DNA of 64,000 nucleotides. It comes from a virus. The position numbers were made by a program, and so were the translations under genes. This document shows positions 56,413 through 63,261 of this stretch, in pieces (within the stretch, counting starts at the first letter, position 1; the number at the start of each line of letters is the position of its first letter). The notes below the pieces were generated by a model. That model saw only the letters and a program-made list of their open reading frames with translations, did no database searches and was not told the origin of the DNA. The stretch lies in IMG/VR virus record IMGVR_UViG_3300020027_000005, positions 12,483 through 76,482 of that record. One strand, written 5' to 3'.

Positions 56413-56442
56413 TGGCCGGGCGCTTTCGAAAGCGCCCGGCCA
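56413..56442. terminator. Perfect 30-bp palindrome, terminator or processing hairpin
   Basis: tggccgggcgctttc|gaaagcgcccggcca. Confidence 0.6.
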
Positions 56443-56446
56443 CTTT

Positions 56447-56647
56447 CTACATCGTCAGCACAACGATGTACCCTTCGCTGTTCACGTTGTCGGCTGCGTT
56501 GAGTTCGTTCCAGCCTTCGTAGACGGGGACTACTACTTTCTCCCCCTCTTCCGAGTACCAGAAGCCTTCGATCTCGAGGACCACGACTCTGTCGAACCGA
56601 TCTCCACCTTTCGGGATCACGAACGTCCCGGTTCGGGTGTTCTTCAT
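56447..56647 (-). CDS. Hypothetical protein
   Basis: AGGGGG RBS. Confidence 0.55.
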   Translation of the reverse strand: MKNTRTGTFVIPKGGDRFDRVVVLEIEGFWYSEEGEKVVVPVYEGWNELNAADNVNSEGYIVVLTM

Positions 56648-56654
56648 CTTCCCC

Positions 56655-56909
56655 CTAGTCCATCAGGAAGTTGTGCTTCTCCTCGAACGCTGCGAGGAAC
56701 TCTGTCGCCCTCGCGATCTCTGCGAGGATGGTGCAGCGGTCTTGGTAGTGGCCAAGCAACTCGTTCGGGTTCGGGCAGACCGCGATGTGGTCTTCCAGAC
56801 TCGTTCGCATCTCTTCGAGCTCGGACAGTCTTGCGTAGACTGTCGCGCGCACGACGATGGCTTCTTTTCGGACTTCCTCGGGAAGACGAGGAAGCTGAAC
56901 TCTAGGCAT
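56655..56909 (-). CDS. Hypothetical protein
   Basis: AGGAGG RBS. Confidence 0.6.
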   Translation of the reverse strand: MPRVQLPRLPEEVRKEAIVVRATVYARLSELEEMRTSLEDHIAVCPNPNELLGHYQDRCTILAEIARATEFLAAFEEKHNFLMD

Positions 56910-56937
56910 ATCGGCCTCCTGTCTTCAGTGAAGTGTT

Positions 56938-57867
56938 CTAGGGCTTCTTAGACGAGGACGGGGGGTTCATCGATCGGAGAGCCACCCTCTGGGCCGGGGG
57001 AGTCGTCTTCATAATCGTCCTGTCCAGGGCGACGCGAAGGTCCCGATGACACCCAAAGCCACGCTCGATCTTCGAGATGGCCCGGTGGTTGACCCGAATC
57101 GCCGACCCCATCGCCTTCAACTCGGTGTTGCACTCGTCGGCCACCGAGTTTTGGTTCACGTTCTTGTCCATCCGCGTCTGCCGAAGCAGCTTCCCGAACG
57201 CGATGTCCTCCTGGCGACGCTTGTCGCCCTGGGCCGAGGTCAGCGTGCGCGGAACCGGCCGCTGACGAAGCTCGTCGAGGACTGTTGACGTTCGGGGTTG
57301 GACCGGGGGGACGGGGGTGTTCCCGTTGTTGGCTGGGGGGACGGTTTTCACCGTGGGCGGCTTTGTCACCGTCGTCTTGGCGCTTGCGAAAGCGGCTGCG
57401 ATGGCGGTGTCGGGAGCGCCTGCAGACTTCGCTGCAGCCTTCCGAATCTCTTCGTCCCGGTGTTCGATCTCGGCCTTGAACCTGTCCCGGTCTTTCGTGA
57501 CCGAGAGGAGCTCTGCCCTGAGGCCGCTGACCTTCTCTTCGACCTCTTCGGAGAGATCGAGGAACTGCTTGTTGTAGTCGACCACGAGCTTCTCACGCTC
57601 GGCCTTGAGCGTTGCGATCTCGTTCTTGAGCCTGTTGGCCTCCACACCCGAGACCTCCACCTCCGCCAGAGGGGGCAGGCCGAGGTCCATGTGTGCCTGG
57701 TTCAAGGTCTCGAGGTTGAGCAGGGCGAGATCACGAAGAGTCGTGGCCTGTTTCCGCTTCACCTCTCCGAAGGCCTCCTTCTCTCTGGCGAAAGCAATCT
57801 GCTCCGCCTCGATGTCGGCCGCGGCTTGACGTAGTAGGTCGAAGCTCGTCTTGGTGGGGTCGCTCAC
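56938..57867 (-). CDS. Coiled-coil protein with C-terminal XRE-like HTH
   Basis: FGKLLRQTRMDKNVNQNSVADEC...NHRAISKIERG. Confidence 0.7.
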   Translation of the reverse strand: MSDPTKTSFDLLRQAAADIEAEQIAFAREKEAFGEVKRKQATTLRDLALLNLETLNQAHMDLGLPPLAEVEVSGVEANRLKNEIATLKAEREKLVVDYNKQFLDLSEEVEEKVSGLRAELLSVTKDRDRFKAEIEHRDEEIRKAAAKSAGAPDTAIAAAFASAKTTVTKPPTVKTVPPANNGNTPVPPVQPRTSTVLDELRQRPVPRTLTSAQGDKRRQEDIAFGKLLRQTRMDKNVNQNSVADECNTELKAMGSAIRVNHRAISKIERGFGCHRDLRVALDRTIMKTTPPAQRVALRSMNPPSSSKKP

Positions 57868-57958
57868 ATGTCACTCCATGGGAAATGTCGACGAACTTCT
57901 TGTTCTTCGACACTTGTCTTATTCCCCAGGAAGATGGCCAATTCCACTCCTGGGAAGG

Positions 57959-58399
57959 CTATCTCTTCTTCTTGAAGACTCTTTTGGCCTCCACGTACCT
58001 GCCCGAAGGCGGAACTCCGGGAGAAATTCGAACGAGGACCGAGTGCGCAGTCCGTGTCGTCAGAAGTTCTCTGGAGAGTTTGATGAGGTACCACTGTGCG
58101 ATCTCTTCGCAGCTGAGGGCAGGCGCTGGTGTTTTGAAACCCGCCGAGTAGGTGCTGGGTGGCGTGCTCATGATGGCCTGGATCTCTTCGGCTTTGAGAA
58201 CGAATCCCGAATCATCGAGGGTCGGTCTATCTACTTCCACGCACCAGGAGAACATTTCCATGTAGGTTGAGCCGCACTGCGTGTTCTGCAGTTTCATGGC
58301 TCCCTCTACGTGGATCGAGAAAGTGTCGACCCACTCTACTTTCGTCCGAGCCCTCGCACTTGTACTCTTGGGAGTGCGAGGGGTCTTTTCTGCTTTCAT
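57959..58399 (-). CDS. Hypothetical protein with weak resemblance to QueD/PTPS T-fold proteins
   Basis: LDDSGFVL...SCEEIA; lacks the HGH motif. Confidence 0.5.
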   Translation of the reverse strand: MKAEKTPRTPKSTSARARTKVEWVDTFSIHVEGAMKLQNTQCGSTYMEMFSWCVEVDRPTLDDSGFVLKAEEIQAIMSTPPSTYSAGFKTPAPALSCEEIAQWYLIKLSRELLTTRTAHSVLVRISPGVPPSGRYVEAKRVFKKKR

Positions 58400-58680
58400 G
58401 GTTTTCCTCGACGCTCCCACCGCCATTTTGTTTCGTTGACTGCGGAGATGAGCACTCCGAGAAAGATGCTTTCGAAGTCTCGCTCTTCGAACTTCCGTGC
58501 GTCGAAGACGAGGTCGGTCACCGTATGGACTCGTTCACGGAGTTCGTCTTCGGTGAGCTCCGCTACGGGCTGTGCCAGAAGCTCCTTCTGGAAGAGCGGG
58601 AAAGTCTCGTTCTTGAGCCTCCCCACGTCCACGTTGTCCGGCCCGATGGGCTTGCTCGGGTCGAAGCCCTTTACTGACAC
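58396..58680 (-). CDS. Hypothetical protein
   Basis: GGAG RBS before GTG at 58680; ATGA coupling downstream. Confidence 0.5.
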   Translation of the reverse strand: MSVKGFDPSKPIGPDNVDVGRLKNETFPLFQKELLAQPVAELTEDELRERVHTVTDLVFDARKFEERDFESIFLGVLISAVNETKWRWERRGKP

Positions 58681-58934
58681 GCGTGCTCCGCGATGTGAAC
58701 GGAGCCCTCCATGAATCCTCCGGAGCTCTTCTCCTGGAAGATGTAGTTCTCGGGAGTTTCCCCTTCCCGCATCGGGCGGGTGACGTACCAGAAGCTCGTC
58801 TCCTTCCAGGTGACGTCGAACAGCTTCTGGTCGCACGGCAAGCTCACGTTCATCGTCCCGCCGAAGCTCTTGGCCAGCTCGTTCTCCGAGCAGCCCACGA
58901 GGATGATGGGGAACAGGAACAGCAGAAACTTCAC
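58671..58934 (-). CDS. Phage lipoprotein
   Basis: Lipobox ILVG-C; FGG...KL..VTWK...WY.TRPM pattern. Confidence 0.75.
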   Translation of the reverse strand: MKFLLFLFPIILVGCSENELAKSFGGTMNVSLPCDQKLFDVTWKETSFWYVTRPMREGETPENYIFQEKSSGGFMEGSVHIAEHACQ

Positions 58935-59137
58935 GGCTTCTCCTCTTCGAGAATCAACGCCTTGAGGGCGGAACTCGCTTTATTGATCTCTTCGAAGTCG
59001 TCTTTGATAAAACCGATGACCGCCACCATGTTGATAATGGTGCCGTTTGCCTGCAGCAGTTCGAGCTTGACCGCCAGAAGCTCCTTTTCGAGTTTTTCTA
59101 CTTTCTCGAGAAGCTCGATTTCACGGATGGTTGCCAT
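58931..59137 (-). CDS. Hypothetical coiled-coil protein
   Basis: Coupled ORF. Confidence 0.5.
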   Translation of the reverse strand: MATIREIELLEKVEKLEKELLAVKLELLQANGTIINMVAVIGFIKDDFEEINKASSALKALILEEEKP

Positions 59138-59351
59138 CTTTGGGGTCCGTGAAAGTGAGTGTGAACGGGTTGTCGATGGCGATCAGGAAGTCGGGGAGCT
59201 CGGGAGGTTCCTCCAGTTCTTCTTCTGTATGCGCCTCTTCCTCCCAGAATCTTTCCAGAGCTTCGATGCACTCACGTCCTTCTTTTTCGCGTTCGACGGG
59301 ACAGATGAACCAGTGATCGTCATCATCGCTCAGTAGACGGTATCGCTGCAT
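59121..59351 (-). CDS. Small acidic hypothetical protein
   Basis: GGAGG RBS; RYRLLSDDDDHWFICP...LTFTDP. Confidence 0.65.
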   Translation of the reverse strand: MQRYRLLSDDDDHWFICPVEREKEGRECIEALERFWEEEAHTEEELEEPPELPDFLIAIDNPFTLTFTDPKDGNHP

Positions 59352-59402
59352 CTCGTCCTCCAGGGTGTCACCTCCCTTTATTCGGGAGGTGACACTTGTT
59401 CG

Positions 59403-60032
59403 CTACAGCCTGGCTGCAGCTGCCCGAGCGAAGGCCAGGGAGGCGTTCCCGTCAGCCGATGCCCAGGCCCGCTCGGAAAGCTCGAGGCTCTTCCCGGAGT
59501 CGATATGGGTGATCTTCACCACCCCCTCCAGGAAGACGGGAAGTCCCGTCTCCGTGATCTCGTAGACGAAGTCCCGTGCCGCCTCGAACAGCGCCGTAGT
59601 CTTCTGGCCTCCTCCGTAGCGCCGGATCATCGTGAAGACCCGCTCGGTCGGCATGTCCGGCTCGATGGGCCAGATCTGCATCTTCAGGATCCGTTCCTGG
59701 CTCGTCCGGGGGATGTACTCCGCGAGCTGGTTCATGAAGAAGTGAGCGAGTTGTTCGCCGCTCATTCCCATGACCTGGCGTTCGGAGATCCGCTCCACCG
59801 CGTGGCGGAGCTTGACCTCCTCGGCCCGCTCGATGGTCTTGATCATCGCGATGTCCGTCCTTTCGGCATCCTCCACGAAGTTGGAATGGTCCAGCTTGGG
59901 GGACAGGATGCTGAAGCACCAACCGAAGTTGGTAGTGGTCCGCTGCCCGCAGATCACGCTGTAGAAGTGTCTCGACCCCTCCACAGCCCGGATGTCCATG
60001 AGGTACTCGTCCTTGAACAACGTCTCGCTCAT
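59403..60032 (-). CDS. Hypothetical protein
   Basis: AGGAG RBS; downstream of GCATAAG (60098-60104) and a hairpin. Confidence 0.65.
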   Translation of the reverse strand: MSETLFKDEYLMDIRAVEGSRHFYSVICGQRTTTNFGWCFSILSPKLDHSNFVEDAERTDIAMIKTIERAEEVKLRHAVERISERQVMGMSGEQLAHFFMNQLAEYIPRTSQERILKMQIWPIEPDMPTERVFTMIRRYGGGQKTTALFEAARDFVYEITETGLPVFLEGVVKITHIDSGKSLELSERAWASADGNASLAFARAAAARL

Positions 60033-60122
60033 TTCTCTCTCTCTCCTGTTTACTCCACGGCTTTTTCTTGAAGCCGTGAATTGTCTTCGCTAGGGTTCTT
60101 ATGCTTCTTAGTTGGGGACTTT

Positions 60123-60476
60123 TCACCGAGCGATTTGAAAGAAGCGAACTCGCCCTTCTTCCGTGACTCGCGGGTTCTGAATGACGATGAGGTCGAGTCC
60201 TTCGGGAGACCTCAACGGAATGCTTTCGAGGAACTCCACACCGTTCTCGACCATCTTGATGCTGTCGTAGACGTAGGTGGTCATCTGCATGAAGGAGTGG
60301 AGCTGCTCTTCTGTTGAGAACACTGGAAGGTAGAAAGCCTCGCTTCCGAGAAGATGGATGAGAACGGGAGCTCGCGTGGCCCACGGAATCAGCATCCCGG
60401 TGAGCGGGGCATAGATCATTGTCCCGTCAGGGACCGGTCTCGGAGGAAAGATCTCCGGATCTCCAGGAGCAGCCAT
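60123..60476 (-). CDS. Hypothetical protein (SseB-N-like LPVFSTEEQL motif)
   Basis: ORF fills the gap. Confidence 0.55.
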   Translation of the reverse strand: MAAPGDPEIFPPRPVPDGTMIYAPLTGMLIPWATRAPVLIHLLGSEAFYLPVFSTEEQLHSFMQMTTYVYDSIKMVENGVEFLESIPLRSPEGLDLIVIQNPRVTEEGRVRFFQIAR

Positions 60477-60566
60477 GGGTTTCTCGAAGTTTGTAGGTGT
60501 GTCTGTAGCGGAGCTGCTTTGTCTTTCAAGGCAGACAAAGCAGCTTCTTCGCTACATGAGAGGAAG

Positions 60567-61133
60567 TCAGACTTCCTGATCTTTCAGAGTCTTGTTCAGT
60601 GCTCCGCAGAGTTCTTCTTGAACCGCGGCCACCGTTTTGCCTTCTTCTTTCGCAGCAGTCTTCATGGCCTGCTGGACTTCTTCCACGATGACTTCTTCCG
60701 TGGTGAGGCGCTCCACGAGGTCATCCTCTTCGGACAGATCGGTGACGAGCTGTTCGGTCGTCGGCTTCTGGAGCTCGAGCTCCACCAGGGTGACGAGCTT
60801 CTCGCACTCCTGGAGGGTGAACAGCTTGATGTGGGTATCCTTCTGCAAGTAGCCCATTGCCCCCGCCATCCAAGCGTAGGCCGCCCTTCTGGCTTTCCCA
60901 GGTTTCGGAGCGCTCTTCCAGAGTTGGTCGAAAGCGGCGTGGGCTCGAATTCGAGCCTTGTTCGTGAGCTGTTCTACTTCGGGAAGGGGGTCTCCGAACT
61001 TGTTCGCTCCCCAGGTGTTTCGGCAGTCCGGGAAGCCCATGCATCCGTAGAAGTACCCAAAGGATCCGTCTCGGAGTACGAGGTCCTTCCCGCACTCCGG
61101 GCACGCCTTGAAGACCTTCCCGAGAGGATTCAC
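60567..61133 (-). CDS. Topoisomerase-type C4 zinc-finger protein (DUF3268-like)
   Basis: [27 protein letters not shown]; [13 protein letters not shown]; AYAWMA...HI. Confidence 0.7.
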   Translation of the reverse strand: MNPLGKVFKACPECGKDLVLRDGSFGYFYGCMGFPDCRNTWGANKFGDPLPEVEQLTNKARIRAHAAFDQLWKSAPKPGKARRAAYAWMAGAMGYLQKDTHIKLFTLQECEKLVTLVELELQKPTTEQLVTDLSEEDDLVERLTTEEVIVEEVQQAMKTAAKEEGKTVAAVQEELCGALNKTLKDQEV

Positions 61134-61306
61134 TCGTCGCTCTCCCGCCCATAGCCAGGGGGGACCGGCTTCCCGGTCTCCTTGGTCCACTGCTCATGGT
61201 ACATCTCGATCACATCTCCGTGCGCTGGTCCGAAGTCGCATTCGCCGTAGAACCAGCGTAGGAACTCCAGCTCAGCTTCCATTTCTTTGATCTCGTCTTC
61301 GCTCAT
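61130..61306 (-). CDS. Small hypothetical protein
   Basis: GGAGG RBS; [21 protein letters not shown]. Confidence 0.6.
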   Translation of the reverse strand: MSEDEIKEMEAELEFLRWFYGECDFGPAHGDVIEMYHEQWTKETGKPVPPGYGRESDE

Positions 61307-61686
61307 CTCGGAGTCCTCCGCAGCACGCTGGGTGTGGCCGGTTGCGGTGCTTCGAAACCGGCCTTCTTGTAGAACGTGATGAGGCGCTCCCTGTTCCCCG
61401 AGGTCTTGTCGTAGGGGGAGGCTTCGCAACAAAGGGCCACTCTCTGTTCGTCTGCGTCCTCGCAGAGTCTTTTCAGAAGCAGTGTCCCGTAGCCCTTGCA
61501 ACGATTCTCTGGATTTCTGATGAGAATCCGAGAGAGTCGGTAGTCCCCGAGGGCGTAGGGTTCCATGACGAAGTCCAGTCGGTCGAGGTTGATAGTTCCA
61601 ACCGACGCTTCGTCTACGAAGAAGAGGTAGCACTCGAGGAGCCGCAGAGTGACTGCTCGCGGCTCCCTACTCAAGAAGCTGATCAT
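61303..61686 (-). CDS. GNAT acetyltransferase
   Basis: PENRCKGYGTLLL; LITFYKKAGF. Confidence 0.8.
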   Translation of the reverse strand: MISFLSREPRAVTLRLLECYLFFVDEASVGTINLDRLDFVMEPYALGDYRLSRILIRNPENRCKGYGTLLLKRLCEDADEQRVALCCEASPYDKTSGNRERLITFYKKAGFEAPQPATPSVLRRTPR

Positions 61687-62483
61687 CCTGATTCTCCTGG
61701 GACGTAGAGGGTTGAGAGCCCGATGGCTCGTTTCTCCGGCTGGGTGAGGTTCTTCTCGAGGCCACAACGGTTGCAGCTCCGCATCTCCCGCATCGCAGCG
61801 TTGATTTCTGCGATGGAGTGCTGAACGGTGCCGAGCTTCCAGCAGTAGTTCGTCTCACCAGCGACGAAGCTTCCGTCATAGGAGATGGATGGGCTGCAAT
61901 GGCCGTTCCCCATGCCTGCTACAGCGCGGGTACGGAGCATGGCGATGCCCATCCGAACGTCCTGGAAGTTTCTGGACGTCGAACGGAAGTTGAAGGAGCC
62001 GGGAGCTCGCAGGGTGGGCACTTCGTCGTGCTTCTTGTTCTTGAAGCGCCCGAGAGGCATCATTCCTCGAATCTTGTTCTCGTAGAAGATTCGAGGGTCG
62101 TCGATCTTCGGAGGAGCGGGTTCCGGGTAGAACCGGGGATCGTAGGTGACTTGGACCATGAGTCGAGGGAACTGGTCCAGGATCTCGGCCTTCTTCACAG
62201 GGTCGGCGAGCCACAACCCGTTCGTGATGAGGAAGGGCTGGAACCCGACCTGACCTGCAAGGGAGATCATCTTCACGATGTCGGGATGTTCGGTGCACTC
62301 CCCTCCGCTGAAGAGGAGGAGGTTGTAGCCGCAGGCTTCTCGAGCGAGGGCTTCGATCTCCCAGACGAACTTCAACATCTGGATGAACGTCTCCCGGGTC
62401 ATGTGGAGTCCTGTACCTGGAAGCGATCCTTCCATGCAGTGTGAGCAGCCACGCCCGCAGGTGTTTGTTACCTTGACGAGCAT
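61683..62483 (-). CDS. Radical SAM protein
   Basis: CGRGCSHC; SGGECTEHP; TNG; C-terminal Cys (CSPSI...CNRC). Confidence 0.85.
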   Translation of the reverse strand: MLVKVTNTCGRGCSHCMEGSLPGTGLHMTRETFIQMLKFVWEIEALAREACGYNLLLFSGGECTEHPDIVKMISLAGQVGFQPFLITNGLWLADPVKKAEILDQFPRLMVQVTYDPRFYPEPAPPKIDDPRIFYENKIRGMMPLGRFKNKKHDEVPTLRAPGSFNFRSTSRNFQDVRMGIAMLRTRAVAGMGNGHCSPSISYDGSFVAGETNYCWKLGTVQHSIAEINAAMREMRSCNRCGLEKNLTQPEKRAIGLSTLYVPGESG

Positions 62484-62557
62484 CTTTCCTCCTTGCGTCT
62501 TCGAAAGGATTGATTACAACTCAGGAGCCGACCACTTCGTGGTTCCTACAAGCGTTA

Positions 62558-62633
62558 AGCGTCGTAGCTCAGTTGGTTGAGCATCGAACTCACACTTCGA
62601 AGGTCGCTGGTTCGAATCCAGTCAACGCTGCCA
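62558..62633 (+). tRNA. tRNA with CAC anticodon (nominally Val), encoded CCA
   Basis: Cloverleaf AGCGTCG/CAACGCT, D stem GCTC/GAGC, anticodon arm TCGAA-CTCACAC-TTCGA, T loop TTCGAAT. Confidence 0.8.
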
Positions 62634-62710
62634 AAAGCAACTCGGAATCACTCCTCGGTCGGCACTCTTTTCCATCTCTGATTTATTCGCGAATCTCTCG
62701 CCCACTCCGT

Positions 62711-62787
62711 GGTGCCTACACGCAGCTCGATGGTCGAGCGTCCGCCTTGTAAGCAGAAAGTTGTTGGTTCAATTCCAACCGTGACCC
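62711..62787 (+). tRNA. Aberrant or pseudo tRNA-Thr(TGT)
   Basis: D, anticodon (CTTGTAA) and T arms present; acceptor stem pairs fully only if a 5-nt bulge (GCCTA) is allowed. Confidence 0.5.
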
Positions 62788-62831
62788 GAAAGGGTTTCCG
62801 GCTTCACATCTCGGGCGAGAGAATCACTTTT

Positions 62832-62957
62832 GAGGGAGTAAGCCGACGGTCAGGCACTTGAAATGGACTCAAGATCCCCGCTCATCCACTCGCCTCTTCC
62901 GAGAGGCACAGCGATGTGCGTACAAGCACCAGAGGTTCGACTCCTCGCTCCCTCACC
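62832..62957 (+). ncRNA. tRNA-like RNA with a roughly 55-nt expansion between the D and T arms
   Basis: Acceptor GAGGGAG/CTCCCTC-ACC, D arm GCC/GGC, T arm GAGG-TTCGACT-CCTC. Confidence 0.6.
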
Positions 62958-62964
62958 CTCCTTC

Positions 62965-63056
62965 GGGGTTTTCGTCCAACGTCAGGACACCGGTCTGAAT
63001 ATCGTCTTCGGACGAGGCTAAACCGGGACGGAAGTTCAACTCTTTCAGACCCCACC
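62965..63056 (+). ncRNA. tRNA-like RNA with a 27-nt anticodon loop containing a UUCG hairpin
   Basis: GGGGTTT/AGACCCC-ACC; GTCC/GGAC; CCGGT/ACCGG; GGAAG-TTCAACT-CTTTC. Confidence 0.65.
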
Positions 63057-63062
63057 TTTCCC

Positions 63063-63135
63063 GGCCCCGTAGCTCAGTAGGTAGAGCACTGCGTTGAAGG
63101 CGCGGCAGCGTCAGTTCGATTCTGACCGGTGGCCA
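63063..63135 (+). tRNA. tRNA-Phe(GAA)
   Basis: CTGCG-TTGAAGG-CGCGG; standard D and T arms; one bulged T in the acceptor stem. Confidence 0.8.
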
Positions 63136-63140
63136 TCAGT

Positions 63141-63214
63141 AGCGGGATGGAGCAGTCAGGTAGCTCGCTAGGCTCATAACCTGGAGGTCGTCAGTTCAAA
63201 TCTGACTCCCGCAA
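63141..63214 (+). tRNA. Initiator tRNA-fMet(CAT)
   Basis: 1:72 A-A mismatch, GAGC/GCTC D stem, CTCATAA loop. Confidence 0.9.
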
Positions 63215-63261
63215 CCTCTCCCGGTTTCTCGAATTCTGGAAGTTCTGAATCCAGGAACTGA

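Noticed and set aside
57959-62483. 7-deazaguanine DNA modification pathway (QueD-like plus radical SAM as QueE)
   Set aside because: The QueD resemblance is weak (no HGH), the radical SAM lacks QueE signatures, and no folE, queC or dpdA gene is in the window.
62861-62877. Pyrrolysine tRNA (AATGGACTC resembles the pylT anticodon arm)
   Set aside because: The loop reads CAA, not CTA, the rest of the body does not match pylT, and there are no pyl genes.
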